Assembly: GCA_964016885.1 (NCBI GenBank)
Contig: OZ024742.1
Span: 232,686,001 to 232,750,000 of the forward strand
Direction: 5' to 3'
Source: Eledone cirrhosa
Taxonomy: Eukaryota
DNA: 64,000 bases
The translations under genes and the position numbers were made by a program. This document shows, piece by piece, positions 24,405 to 38,351 of the stretch (the first letter of the stretch is position 1; every line of letters starts with the position of its first letter). Below the pieces are notes generated by a model, which saw only the letters and a list, made by a program, of their open reading frames with translations, was not told where the DNA came from and did no database searches.

Positions 24405-24640
24405 ATGTAAATAGAGTCTGAGGTGCTGAGACCGAGGAAACCACTAATCATGTGAGTACTCGATACATGGGGAGAGGTAGGGTGGTTATAGAGATATGTA
24501 AAATCCCAACCGCAGCACCAAGTGATTTCAGCTGGTGTGTTCAGCAAGCTTTTCCAAGGACATAACTATGCCCTTGAAAAGGCTTGCTGACACAAGCTGA
24601 ATCTGCTTGGAGCCACAATCGGGAATTTACATATCTCTGT
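24405..24640. mobile_element. Fold-back mini-element with degenerate U3-A8 hammerhead-like arms
   Basis: About 150-bp imperfect hairpin AGAGATATGTAAAATCCC..GGGAATTTACATATCTCT; TTGAAAA-GGCTTG..CAAGCT-GAA; tail shared with 8262. Confidence 0.65.
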
Positions 24641-24661
24641 CTCTCTCTCTCTCTATCTATG

Positions 24662-24704
<43 letters not shown>

Positions 24705-24708
24705 TTAT

Positions 24709-25778
24709 ATCATCATCATCATCATCATCATCACCGTTTTACGTCCGTTCTTCCATGCTAGCATGGGTTAGACGGGTTGTCCTGTTGTGGGCAGTGTCTG
24801 GTCGGCCGACCATGCCTTGCTCATACAGGAACTGATCTGGCTCGATTTCTACAGCTAGATGCCCTTCCTAACACCAACCTCATTTACAGTGAGTGCTGGG
24901 TGCTTTTTCGTGGCGCCTACACGTCCACTTTACAGTGTGGGCTGGGTGCTTTTTTGCCGTGGCACCTCCACGACAACCTTGCGGTGGGGGGAGTGGGGGC
25001 ATATTGTTTATATGCTTCAGTATGTACCCATGGGAGGTCGGGTACCCTGTATTACTGCGTGACGCCAGAAGTCACGGTCGTGTGTCATTGTCTTTGAGAG
25101 GTGTAGTTGGGTAAGGTCGGCTTTTATCACCTCATCCCAAGTCATCTTGGGTCTCCCCACTCCGCGGTTTCCATCAACTTCTAGTGCTCTGCACCTTTTT
25201 ATGCAGCTGTCATCCTTCATACGCATCACATGTCCATACCAGCGTAACCGCCTCTCCTGCACGCAGCATTTGATTCCTTTTATGCTCAGTCTCTCTCTCA
25301 ATTCCTTTATGCTTTGTCGTTCACGTATATTACTGTTACACATCCATCGGAGCATGCAGGCTTCGTTTCTCTCTAATCTACGTAAGTCTTCCACCTTCAG
25401 CGCCCAGGTCTCACTACCATGCAACATCGCTGTTCGGATACACGCATCATACAGTCTGCCTTTCATTCTGAGGGAGAAGCCTTTTGCAGCTAGCAGTGGT
25501 AGTAGTTCCCTAAACTTCTTCCATCCCGTTCTTACCCTAGTTATTGTACTTTCTGAGCACCCACCTCTGTTGCTAATTCGGTCACCTAGGTAGCAGAAGC
25601 TGTCTACTGTTTCTACAGGGCCCTCCCAGAGATTTGTGGTACTTGTTTCCTGTGGCTGTTTGCTTGCTGTTTCAGCACAGCTGCTGCATGTGAATCCTAC
25701 ATTCTTAATTAAGCTTCCTGAGATCCCGCTACATCTCTTGTGTACCCATTGTTTGCATTTGGGGCAGAGAATGGAGTA
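24709..25778 (-). mobile_element. 5'-truncated RTE LINE, subfamily A
   Basis: Nearly identical to 4200-5275. Confidence 0.95.
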
Positions 25779-26613
25779 TATATATGTATATATGCATATT
25801 TTTATGGGTGTATGCATATGTGTAAGTGTATATAGATAATAATTTGACTAAACACGTAATATGTGAATAATAATTATATTTAACTATGTAAAGATTTATG
25901 GCATCATTAAATAAAATGGGTAGGAAAAATTAGTTCAATAGTACGTGTTAAAAATGTGAGTTAACCTCATCATAGATGTTACAATAAATTACATTAAACC
26001 AAAATGGTACAATTTGTTTTTTAAATTATCAAGTACTGTAATGCATACTCTTAAGAAAAAATATAGGTCATATTTAATATAGTTGTAAGGTCTGGAGTGT
26101 GGTGGTGGTGGCCTAAAAGAAATGTAATTCATTATTCCTCATTCAACATTTAATACGTCTTAATGTCTTGTCAGTTAAATAATGGGACAATCAGAGGGAA
26201 ACATTGTTAAGCTGTGCTTAGGACATCATTTGACCTTAACCCTTGCATTAAAATATTTTTAATGAAACACACTGTATTTGAATTAATTTATAAAGAATCT
26301 GGAGAGATTCACTCAAATTTTTATTTCCTTATTAAGATGGTAATTATAACAACATGTTCTTAAGTAAAATTATGCTGGAGGATTTTAATTTAAATCAGAA
26401 CCTTTTAAAATGGGTAGTTTGGGGCAGGTTGGTATCTAAAAGGTTAATCTAACCCTGTGTACATCCAATATTGATTTATTTCAAATGTCCATGTTTACAT
26501 ACTAATATTTAAAAATGTTATTTACAAGATTTTTTACTAAAAACAAAGTAATATTTAGAAGCAACATTAAGTAACTTTACCAAAAATGAAATGGTTGAAG
26601 CTAGGAGCTTATT

Positions 26614-26711
26614 TTAAAATGGTCTGTAGTTTAATAGATTATATATTATCATAAATCCGATTGTGCTTGAAGCATGTAGATGGGTTGGATTTATCTGTGA
26701 AGCAGCACTCT
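26614..26711 (-). CDS. Novel secreted/GPI-like protein, coding exon 7 (K-SAASQINPTHLHASSTIGFMIIYNLLNYRPF*)
   Basis: Acceptor tttctttattacag; phase 1 matches exon 6; ends in TAA. Confidence 0.7.
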
Positions 26712-27399
26712 CTGTAATAAAGAAATTTAATGTTAAGTGTTATCGCTGACAGTATCAAAGACATACAAGTGAATGTCAGAAATAGTTTTTAAGAACAATA
26801 GTTATTTTAAGATATATGAGATAGAATTTGATATTGTTCTAATCTGTAGATTTAAAAGAAACATGGTTATGATTATAGATAGAAATATAACCAAATAACA
26901 CTCCTTACTCTGTTCCTCTCACAAATTCATTTCTCAGAAATTTCCTTAAAATTTCTCTCAAAGTCAGTTCCCTTGGTATAACAGCTTGAATGATGTCATC
27001 AGAAGGAGCATTGATGCAGCTGGCTTCCTATTACAACTGAAGCCTGCCAACCTCGATCATGGTGATGGTAAGTTCCAAGATGGAATAATACTTTTCCTGT
27101 TCTGGAGTAAACCTCTAATTTGAGACACCACATGCTGCAACATATTCTCTGCCTCTAGCATTGTTGCCTTGGCCATAAACCCTGGCACTGTCACCTGTTA
27201 TGTAAAGAGGAAGAAGATATCCAAATAACTGGACTTGATCAACCACTCTCTGTTTGTACTTGGTCCCAGGACTGCTGTTTTCCTTCAAAAAATTGGAAGG
27301 AGTGCATTCCACCTGAGGAAGGAGCCCTGTGAGGTGATGTGGCTGATGCATCAGGTTTTGCAGGCTGTTCTCTGTGGTAATGCTATTGCCAATTTGTCT

Positions 27400-28153
27400 A
27401 ACAGGTAGGGAAAAATACGTATGCAGTAGATGTACAGGGAAATTTGACAGTAGAAGTTGCAGTGATAGATACATTTTTTCCAATGCAGGTGGGTTCTATA
27501 GAAGTGGTTGATAGCTTCCAGTACCTAGGGGATCAGATTAGCATGGGAGGATTGGGGGGGGGGGGGTTCCGAGGCCATAGTATCTAGAATAAGGACGGGT
27601 TGGAAGAAGTTTAGGGAGATGCTTCCTCTGTTGACAAAGAAGGGTTTCTCCCTGCATATGAAAGGATGGTTATATGATGCCTGTATGAGAAACGCGATGC
27701 TGCATGGTAGTGAGACATGGGCAGCAACTGCAGAGGATATGCATATGCGATGGCTGGAGAGAAATGAAGCAACCATGCTCCGTTGGATGTGTAATGTCAA
27801 CGTACGTGAACGACCGAGCATGGATGAGTTAAGAGAGAAACTGTGTATAAGAGGGATAAGTTGTAGTGTGCGGGAGAGAAGGTATGGACATATGATGGTA
27901 TGGACATATGATGCGCATGGATGACCGTTGGGTAAAGAAGTGCCAAGAAATGCCAGTAGAAGGAAGACGCAGTAGAGGAAGACCACGAAAAACATGGGCG
28001 GAGGTGGTGAGAGCAGACCTCAGATCGCTGAAGCTCACGGAGGAGATGACGAAGGACCGTGACAAGTGGAGAGATGCTGTGCTGAATAGGACCCGTCCCA
28101 CCTTTGCAAGCAGGGAAAAGCGGATGTAAAATGATGATGATGATGATGATGAT
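27400..28153 (+). mobile_element. RTE subfamily C 3' fragment, decayed
   Basis: Matches 13403-14115. Confidence 0.9.
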
Positions 28154-28917
28154 GTCTGCAGGATGCAGAGATATACTACTTAAACTGGAGTGTAAAGTTT
28201 GCTGCACTTTCCTCCCTTCCCTTTACTTTCATTATTTAATTTTTTATTTTTTTTATTGTAAACATTATGTATTGAATTGAAATTTGCTGTTTTTATCCTT
28301 TACAATCCCTCTTATCCAAATACATCCTACACCAACAAATAATAGTTAAAATGAACTACTATTCAAACTAAATCCCTAGTCAGTTTAGATAGGTCAAATA
28401 AACCAAATAAAACAAATAAAAAAGTAGTTGAGCATTGAACAAGACTTGCTGTAGTTATTCTGTCAGCCTTGATGGAGAAGACCTATTATCAAATGTATTC
28501 TGCCTTTTTTTTTGTATCAGGAATAATGTGTAAGTCTAACATTATACAATGCCCCCTTTTTAAAGACAAGCAGGGTGCAATTTAATGAAGATTTGGCTGC
28601 TGTTTCAAGTAGGTCAGGTGGCCATGTAAAAGATCCCTTGTAGGTGCATATATACTGATGCTTTGAGCACAAGAAGTAACTTATATACAAAAAGATAAAT
28701 AATTTTCTGTCTTTCTGCTAAATAATATAAGGAGGTAATTATAATAATAGATCTGACACCTATTCATGAATTCTATTTGCTATCCCCGTGTACTTTCTTC
28801 TATTACTATTCCATTCTTTTTTAGTGGAAAAATCTTTAAAATAAGATTTTTGGTTGCGAGAAGGATCTATAAAGAAGATTAGGTTATAAGACTGCGTGTT
28901 TTTGTTTTTAGTCCATG

Positions 28918-29265
28918 TGGAAGGATCGATTCAGAAAGCACATGTTAAAATATAACAAAGGTTTATTTTCTTCCGTAAATTAATATAAAAACACAAGGAG
29001 ATTGAAAAGCTGCTGGCATGCAGCATCAATAAGTTGAACAAAAAACTGTGATTCTTCTAAGAAAATCCAGAACGTAGTTACGTGAGTCCACTCAGGACGA
29101 ATCCTGGAATGCAACTGGTAGGTAGAAGTCAAAAGAAGTGAGAATTCCCTTGCTGGGCGGAAGTTACTGCTTGGTATTCCTACGCCACAGACTTAAAGGC
29201 CTGGCGATTGACCAAGCACGACCCAACTATTCCGCCACGATAAGGTAGTGCCATTGCTTACTACA
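28918..29265 (-). mobile_element. Probable solo LTR
   Basis: Minus strand TGTAGT...TTCCA termini, CATG on both sides as 4-bp TSD, internal AATAAA, raised GC. Confidence 0.55.
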
Positions 29266-29559
29266 CATGGTTAACATGCATAATTCAATGCCCTTCCTAA
29301 AAGAGTTAGTGTCAAGAAGGGCATCTGTCTGTAAAACTTTGCTTCAAAAAGTCTTATCTAACCCATGTCAACATAAAAACGATGATAATTATATAGGAAA
29401 ATAAACTAACACCAATACTTGACTAGTACTTTATTTCAATGGCCCCAGAAAGGTAATGTAGACCTTGATAAGATTTGAACTCAGAACATAAGAGGCAGTA
29501 ACTAAATACTGCAAGATATTTTGTATGGTGCTCTGCCAATCCATTACCACCTTTATGAT

Positions 29560-29716
29560 ATCATCATCATTTTACGTCCACTTTTCCCTGCTTGCAAGGG
29601 TGGGACGGGTCCTATTCAACACAGCATCTCGCCACTTGTCACGGTCTTTCATCATATCCTCCATGAGCCTCAGCGATCTGAGGTCTGCTCTCACCACCTC
29701 CGCCCATGTTTTTCGA
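29560..29716 (-). mobile_element. RTE subfamily C 3' end
   Basis: Matches 13410-13566. Confidence 0.85.
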
Positions 29717-29729
29717 TATATATATATAT

Positions 29730-30007
29730 ACTTCACATTGCTCCAGTTTACTCAGCTGTAGAAATGAGATGATAGGACCTGGGTCCCTATCATTTCACTG
29801 CAAAGTGGTCGTGGAGGCGCCACGGAAAAAAAGCACCCAGCACTCACTGTAAATGAGGTTGGTGTTAGGAAGGGCATCCAGCTGTAGAAATCAAGCCAGA
29901 ACCAGTTCCCCGTATGAGCAAGACAAGGTCAGCCGACCAGACACTGACCACACAGGACAACCCATCTAACCCATGCTAGCGTGGAAGAACGGTGATGATG
30001 ATGATGA
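29730..30007 (+). mobile_element. 5'-truncated SINE of the 6655 family with subfamily A terminus
   Basis: Body matches 6760-6935; terminus matches rc of 4226-4320. Confidence 0.8.
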
Positions 30008-30097
30008 TACTAAAATTTACATCTGAAGATTCAAGGCCCTGAAACCATTAGGAGCACTTTATTATTCAAAATTACAACCAATAAATTCAGTACTTAC

Positions 30098-30142
30098 TGG
30101 AAAGTGGTGTTGTTTGTTTTAAAACTTTAGTAGTTTCTGCCT
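30098..30142 (-). CDS. Novel protein, coding exon 6 (E-AETTKVLKQTTPLS)
   Basis: tttttgtttacag acceptor, gtaagt donor, 45 nt, phase 1-1, open. Confidence 0.78.
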
Positions 30143-30459
30143 CTGTAAACAAAAATATTTTCTAAAGTTAATTTTGTAATGTCACAAACATTAAATATAA
30201 AAAGTTTATGTCCTATAAAATAATGGTTTTACTTAAGGCAAATAAGGTGTCTATACTCAGATGGACATAACAACAAGTTGAAAATAATTGCATATGTTCT
30301 ACATTGTAGTCTCTCAAGTTAAATACTGACTACATGCACACATGCTCCCAGAAACACACACAAACAAAACAATTAAAACACTTAGTAATAAGTTCCATCA
30401 GCTTCTTTCTTTTTTTTTCTTAGACCCATCATTCCTAACACGTGGTGGTATTAGGAATT

Positions 30460-30688
30460 TTAACCCTTTAGAATTTTCATTACATTATATTTATTATTGA
30501 CTTTTCACGGTAAAAGCTTTACCTTACATAATTATCTCACATACTATCAAATCTATGAGATTTTGATGTTATTTATTTTGAGAACAATGCCTTAATATAA
30601 GTATGAGTAGCCAGTTATGGCTGGTTTGAACAGAAAGAGGTGAGAGAATTCTGGCTAGATGCAGCCGGTTTAAATGCTAAAGGGTTAA
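30460..30688. mobile_element. TTAA-flanked (piggyBac-like) MITE
   Basis: TTAA-CCCTTTAG...CTAAAGGG-TTAA; four copies in window. Confidence 0.85.
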
Positions 30689-31484
30689 ACCTGGTAGAGC
30701 CCAATCTCCCCGGGTCTGTATACAGCCCCATTCCTCCAGAGAAAGAAAGAGAGATGAAGTGAGAAAGTCATATCAAGGAAAAATTGATCCCAGTCCTGAA
30801 CTGGGATTTTTTAATTGACCCCAAAAGGATGAAAGGCAAAATTGACCTCAGCAGGATTTGAACTCAGAGAGCCAGAAATATGACAAAGCATTCTATCTGA
30901 CCTTCTAATGACTCTGCCACTTTGCTGCCTCAGCCTATTTAATTGCAAATCATACTAGAGTGGTGAGGATGGCTAAAACAATGATGAGGTGACGTAGGTG
31001 GCTGACATTTTATATTTTAGTGCCTCACATTCTGAATTTAGATTTCTACAAAATCAGTTGATTTCTGCACTTCAATCCACTGGAGTCAATAAAACAAAAG
31101 CCTAAAATAAAACAAATGCTTTGATATTTTAGACCCAGTTTTAGAATAGATACACTGCATCCCTGCATGTCATAATAGGTTACCAAAAGGGTTGGCATCA
31201 GGATGAGCATGTGGCTGTATAAAACACTGTCTCAAAACATCCCATGTAACCTATGCTAGCATGGAAAAGTGGATGTAAAACGATGATGATAATGATTAAC
31301 TGGATCAGAAAAAAGAGACATTTTACTTTATTTCCTAATAACTATTTATAAACAATACACCCAACTCTGTATTAAGTAACAACACAAAATGCTATTGGCT
31401 AACAAACTATCTATCACTAACTCAACAGTGTACTACAATGATCTATCCTCACATACCCTCTTTTTATTTATACAATTTGTCTAC

Positions 31485-31720
31485 ATCTCCTGTAAGGTGG
31501 TCGTACTGGTGCCATGAAAAAAAGCTTTCAGTCCACCATGTAAGAGGGTCATACTGGTGCTACAACAAAAAGCTCCAAGTCCACCTTGTAAGTTGACAGT
31601 ACTGGTGTCACAACAAAAAGCTCCCAGTCCATCCTGTAAGGTTGTTATATTCATGTTACAACACAAAGGTCCCAGTCTACTCTGTGAGGCGGTTGATGCT
31701 AAGATGGCCATTAAACCATA
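31485..31720 (+). repeat. About five diverged 42-bp units related to the RTE 3' UTR repeat
   Basis: Recurring TGTAAG..TACTGGTG..AAAAAGCT..AGTCCA. Confidence 0.7.
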
Positions 31721-32252
31721 GAAAACTCAGCAAAAAATAAAGCATATATGCATTACACAGTCATGATGATGATGATTATTATAGGAAACAGTAGTGACAT
31801 TAATGAATTACTTCTGGAATGTGTAGAACCAATGATAACAGTTGCACTCTGAATACACCTCATCTGTTTTTGCTGTGACCATTTGCATGCAAAAACAGAT
31901 TTGATAATGGAAAAAAAATCAACATGCCAAAACTTCCACAGAATAGCTCATGTGATAATCCATTCATTGTGAAGGAATGTGGCTTAGTAGTTAGGGTGTT
32001 CAGCTCATGATTGCAAGGTTGTGAATTTGATTCCAAGGGGTTTATTGTATCCTTGAGCATGACACTTTATCTCATGATGCTCCTGCCTACACACTCAGCT
32101 AGCAAAAAGGTATTGTACCTGTAATTCAAAGGGCCAGCCTTGTCAGAAACTATGTTACATTAAATCCCCCTGAGAACTTCATTAAAGGTGCAGATGACTG
32201 TGGAATGCACTGCCACTTGTATATTTATTTCTCAAGCAGACTATTCCAGTGT

Positions 32253-32480
32253 TTAACCCTTTAGCATTTACATTACTCTATATATACTATTGTATTTTTG
32301 TGGTAAAGGCTTTACCTCACATAATTATCTCATATAATATCGAATCTATGATATTTTGATATTATTTATTTTGAGATCAATACATTAACGTTGGTATGAG
32401 TGGCAGTTATGGCTAGTTTGAACAGAAAGAGGTGAGAGAATTCTGGCTGGATATGGCCAGTTTAAATGTCAAAGAGTTAA
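32253..32480. mobile_element. TTAA-flanked MITE, at the end of a SINE (31975-32250)
   Basis: Same family as 30460. Confidence 0.85.
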
Positions 32481-32670
32481 ACAATCAGTTGTTATTATCA
32501 ATCCAACCAATGGAGGATCAATGACAACAACAATTGTATGTCTGAGTGCACTGTATGGTCCTCTAGTAGATGAGGCTGACATGCAGGAAACACAACTTGA
32601 AAAATTGTGGCTATGCTAAAAAGTAAATAAAAATTATTTCTTAATTTTAGTGTAATTTATATTTACGTAC

Positions 32671-32756
32671 CACATTTTACAGCTATAGCAAATTGTTCAA
32701 AGAAACTTTCACAGCCAATTTCCACGCTACAATTGTATCCTGGTTTGTAGATAGAC
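32671..32756 (-). CDS. Novel protein, coding exon 5 (W-SIYKPGYNCSVEIGCESFFEQFAIAVKC)
   Basis: tatttatatcag acceptor, gtacgt donor, 86 nt, phase 2-1, open. Confidence 0.8.
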
Positions 32757-35700
32757 CTGATATAAATAGAATGAATGAAACTAAATTATGAATGGCATTG
32801 TACATTGGTATCATACTTTTAAGTATTAAAAAAAAATGAAAGTCTGTCCTAAACCTGTTGGCTCATCAGGCTAGTGCTAATCCTGGTTTCATTGTCATAA
32901 AGTGACTAAAGGATAAGAATTCCCCCAAAATATGAGCCAGTCTATCACAGGGTTAACCTCCAGCTACTCATTTTCAGCTGAGTGAACTAGAGCAATGTGG
33001 TATGAAGTGTTTTGCTCAAGAATACAACACATCACCTAGTCCAGGAATTGAACCTATTGAAAAGATTACCACATAATACTTCCCCTGTGTATAATCCAAC
33101 TCCCTTTTTTATACCCCCCAACAGTCAAAACATCTAGTAACCCACTTCCTCTATAAACTGCATATGCACAGTTACAAGAATGTCCAGTTATCACTTCCTT
33201 CAAAACATCATAAAGTCCAACTGAGACATTATACTATGTTAACAATCTCATGTCTCTTTGAAAGTTTCAAAATTATTAAAACCTATATGTATGTCAACAT
33301 AAACTATTAAAGTCTCCTTCAAAATTTACAAGTCCAACTGACGCAGTATACCATGTTAATACCTATGTCATTACGATTGTAATTCCAATACCCAAACCAC
33401 TTGGTCACACACTTACACTTTTAAAAATATTAGTACTATTAAAAAAATGTTGATGTGGGGATGTTAGCTTGGTGGAAGAAATGTGACTGACAGAACATCC
33501 AGTCCACACTAAAGAGGTTATGTAGGTGTCACGACAAAAAGCACCCACTCCACGCTGTAAAGTGGTCGTGTAGGAGACACGGTAAAAAAGCTCCCAGTCC
33601 ACACTATAAATGTGGTTGGTATTAGGAAGGGCATCCAGCCATAGAAAACCTGCCAGATACAGTCCTATACAAGCAAGACACGGTCACCCGATCAATATTA
33701 CCTTGAGTGGGACAATTCTCGTCTAACCCATGCTAGCGTGGAAGATAGATGTTAAACAATGATGATGATGAATCACAAACTAATTGTTTTGGTTGTTATT
33801 GGAGTTTACATGTTACAGCTTTTGATATAGCTTTTGTCCCGTTAGTTCACTTCACAATCACATGGTTCCAAGTTTGCACCCATTGCAAGGTACTTTGGGC
33901 AAGTATCTTCTACTATAGCCTAACATAGACTAAAACCGTATGAATGAAAGAGGGAAGAATAAATCTGTGTTAAAGTCGGTCTGATGGATTATATTTGTTC
34001 TTGGGTTGGTGGGTCGGCTTGAGTGCTTACTCTATCTGTGAAGACCTGTCCAACCCTTGCAAGCAGAGAAGATGAATATTAAAGGATTATGATGATGATA
34101 ATGGTGGTAGAATTAATCTGTTATCTAGTTTCACACTAACACTTAGTTCTTTGACTAAATTTCTGGTCAGAGGATCATCATCATCATCTCCACCACCACT
34201 ACCACCACCATCTGTTTGATTGCCAAACACTAGCCTCAGGTCACTCACTACATTAGGATAACGTGATATATTAATGTGCTCTTTCTTACTACAGCATCCT
34301 TTGAATCTTATTTAATTCTTCCCTCCCTCCATTCTTAGAGGAACTGCAAAAATTATGTGCACCTCAACCACCACCTCTGATATATAAAGTCTGCCAAAAA
34401 ATGTTTTTTTTTTCCAAATGACAAATACAATTAATTTCAATAAAATACTGCCCTAAGTATGAGCTTAGTTTGCTTAATAGTTAATTTAGACCTGAATCTA
34501 TCCACGTCTGTTTTCACTATCATTGAGGGCAATGTGCCAGTGTCACTTCCAATTAATTTCAGTGACATCACTTATTATATAAATATACATGTTTTGCAAT
34601 TTGGAATACTTCATGCTTCCCAAACCTCATATCAGATAGCATTACGCAAACTCTCAGATTTAACCAGATGAAATAAACCTGTCATCTCACTTCTTGTTAC
34701 ATATATGTATGTGTACAGATCTGGACTGAATACCCCCTTATGAGTCACTATGCACTTAAAATATTTTGCTGCCCACCACCTCTGATATATAAAGTCTGCA
34801 AAAACATTTTTGGGGGAATGACAAATACAACTAATTTCAATAAAATGGTGCCCCTTTTCTCTTGGTGCACTAAGCATGTGCTTATTTTGTTTAATGGTTA
34901 ATCCTTTCTTATGTGAACTGTCCTTTCTCTTCATGGTTACTCAGCCTGCTACAAAGAGCAGCCAAATCACACACTATCAACATAAAAAGGAGGGGCATAA
35001 TGTATAATGCAGTCCTAGATAAATTATTGTATATAAGCAAATGTAAGCTGATCCAAATATAAGCTGACTCCCTATCTTATGTCTGAAATGGGCAAAAATC
35101 CAAACCCTATTTCTAAGCCAGGTAGCTAATCAACACATTATCTTTAGATGGCATGGTTTTGAAATTCTCCTGAGTATAAGATATATTTATGAAGTTTTTA
35201 TAATTTGATGTTTAAAATGTTTTAAGTGTCATCTAGGGTGTAGTTTTTGTTTCACAACTCCATTACGTAATCATTTTTTACCATAACATTCATTTTATAA
35301 AATTTAAATTTTTGTTTATTTCCTGCCACTCACATGCTAAGAGTACTTTGAGAGCAATAGGTCAACTAAGAGAACTTTGTATAGAGATTCATAGAGACAG
35401 CAAGCGAGAGAGAGGGGAGTAAAAAAGAGAGGGTGAGAGTGAAAAGGGAGAGAAAGTGAGAGCAATAAAATACAAGTCAGGATTGAAGGAAAAAGTAGTA
35501 AGTTAAAGAAAAACATGTATATGTGTGTGTATGTGTGTGTGTGTGTGTGTGTGCATGCGTTTGGGATATTTATGTATTAAAAAGTTTAAATTATAAAACT
35601 TTTTGGGAAATATTTTCAAGGGAATACATAAACACCAATGATGATGTAGTAAATGTAGTAAACCATGTTTCATTGTAAAATAATCACTCCAGATATTTTA

Positions 35701-36359
35701 GCACTATATTGACGTAGAATTTGAAGTTGGGGAAAATCGGCAAAATATTGACTTGAATATAAGCCGGCCATATATTGCCATTCATTTTTTTTACATATTT
35801 CTTGGCTTGTATATGGTATATTTGAAAATATGATGAGATGGTGATGGCTGGAACTGCTTTAATCATAGACCTGCTCAACCAGGGACAACTTGCTGCTTAA
35901 AAAACGAAATCTAGTCCTACAGCATATTTACAATCAAAATTTCATTTAAAATACCTTTGTTCTTTCATCCAACACTAGCTTCTGAGTTGCATCCATATTG
36001 AATGTTTATTGTTTAAAAGACAAAGAAGAAACTGTTTTTTTAACGTTGAAATATAATTAAAAACATAAATAAATCAGTGCAGGCATAGCAGTGTGGTTAA
36101 GGAGTTTGTTTCACAACCACATGGGTTCTGGGTTCAGTTCCACTACATGGCAAATTGGGCGTCTTCCACAATAACCTTTGGTTGACCAATGCCTTGTAAA
36201 TGAAATTTAGTAAATGGAAAACTGTAGAAACTCATATATATATATATATATGTGTGTGTATGTCTAGGTTTACGTTTGTGTCTGTGTCTTGAAATCAGTA
36301 AAAGAATAAAAGAATGCAACCCACAAGAAGTTATAGTAAATTAAAGGAATCAAGTTTAC

Positions 36360-36438
36360 CAGAAATAAGTGCAGTTATAGTTTTGATTCAGCATGTCTTT
36401 TATCTGTTTTAGAGCATCATTCATTACAGCAGAGCAAT
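36360..36438 (-). CDS. Novel protein, coding exon 4 (D-CSAVMNDALKQIKDMLNQNYNCTYF)
   Basis: tgtatttttgcag acceptor, gtaaac donor, 79 nt, phase 1-2, open. Confidence 0.8.
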
Positions 36439-36774
36439 CTGCAAAAATACAGATGAGAATTTCATTAAATAGCTTTTGTTTTCCACAGACAGGAAGCATG
36501 TAAAGGCAATCTTTCATATTTTTCTGTGTACAAAGAGAATAAGAATGTTTCTCTGCAGTTAACTCTTAGTTTCTTTTTGAGATAAATATTGTTTGACTAT
36601 AGTTCTCTTTGTGAACAAAAGAATAAGTGTACTTGTCTTCTGATTAACTGCCAATTCCCCATGAAATATATAAAGCCAATTTTATGTTTTTCCACGTCCA
36701 AAAAAAATAACACTTGTTTAAATTTTCACAGTAGCATATCCACATTTAATTTATCTTAGATTTTCATATATATA

Positions 36775-38351
36775 CAGTAATGGCCATGTTTCGGACACCT
36801 AAATGTACATTACAAAACTTTTCAAAACTAAGAAACACTAATATTGATACATGTTAAATTATAGATATCAACTAAGTATGACTAAAATTATACTTGTTTA
36901 GGATCATTGAAATGTAAGTTATGAGCAAAAGAGTATCTTTATTCAAAAAAGAGGGTGGTCAAAATGATTCGGACAGTGTTTGAACTTACTTCGTTACTGA
37001 TGAATACACTTATTTAGCTGCCATAAGGCATGCCTAAGCGTCTGATTGGTCATTAATCAACTGATCCATCATGTGAAATGAGCATGCACTCAAGCAACAT
37101 GCCTAGGGATTTGCAATGGCTGCCTCTATCCAGGAGGCAATTGTTAAGTTATGTCAGGAAGATCATCTCTCCATCAGATCTATAGCTGAAAAAGTTAAGC
37201 ACACCCAAAACTGTCGTATATGATATACTAAGAATATATGATGACACAGTCTCATGTAGCAGTGAAGTTGAACAGGTAGACCAAGAAAAACCTACTAGAG
37301 TGATGATCAAGTCATTGTCCGCATTGTAAAAAAAAAAAACTGTTTCAAGACATCAGCAGCAGTTTCCTGAGAAGTAAACGACTGTATGGTCATTAGTATC
37401 TCCAGGAAGAATGTATCATGCCGCCTGATGGAACAAAACCTGCAAGCTCGTACTCCAGTATTCAAGCCATTGATCAGTAAGAAGAACAAGAAAGCTTGAT
37501 TATCCATTGCCACTAAACACGTTCTATGGACTGAAAGCCAATTGGCTAAAGTCCACTTCAACGATGAATTGAAGTTTAATTTGTTTGGTTCAGATGGCAG
37601 GAAGTTTATTTGTCATGAAAAGTAGCATTAAGTTTGGTGGAGGAAATGTTATGGTATGTGGCATAATTTCAGCAGAAGGTACTGACCCACTTGTGTGCTT
37701 GCAAGGCAAGGTGAATGTTCAAGTGCGCAAACAACTTCTTCAGCAACATGCTGTACCTCATATAAGAGCCTCCTCAGCCCATCCTGCAATTTTAATGCAG
37801 GAAAGGCCTCTTGCCACACGGCAAAGTTCATGAGGACTTACCTGGAGCAGAAAGCCTCAACCTTAATCTGATTAAAAATGTTTGGAAAACGTTAGGAGAG
37901 AGAACAAAGGAGAGAAACCCAAGCACAGTCCAAGAACTTTGGGAAATATTACAAGATGAATGGAAGAAAATAACACTGAGAGATTGTCTTCACTTAGTTT
38001 ACTCCTGTGGCAGATGTCAGAACATAATTGACAGTAAGGGTTTATATACTAACTACTAGTATATTGTAGCAACCACAAGTGCTTATTACAGTTATCTGTG
38101 TCATTATACCCTTTTATCCACTTTGTTGTATTATCTGTCTGAATAATTTTGACCACCTCAATTTTTTAATAAAATACTCTTTTGCTCATAATTTGCGTTT
38201 TAATGATCCTAAACAAGTGTAATTTTAGCCATAGTTGATATCTATAATTTAACATGTATCAATTTTGAGCTTTTAACTTTTTTTTAGTTTTGAAGCTTCT
38301 AAAAGTTTTGTGACGGATATCTAGGTATCTGAACCATTATGGCCATTACTA
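36775..38351 (+). mobile_element. Complete but decayed Tc1 transposon with about 200-bp TIRs
   Basis: TA-CAGTAATGGCCAT.. and ..ATGGCCATTACT; FNDE.KFNLFGSDG, KFGGGNVMV, LNLIKNVW, KGLYTNY* motifs. Confidence 0.92.

Noticed and set aside
24383-24547. N-terminus of the 1055-aa ORF as RTE protein
   Set aside because: Derived from (TA)n and the flanking fold-back element
30015-30055. CTGAAGA...GAAAC hammerhead candidate
   Set aside because: Stems I and III cannot be formed
31811-31847. Extra minus-strand exon (ECNCYHWFYTFQ)
   Set aside because: Poor pyrimidine tract and its end phase does not match exon 6
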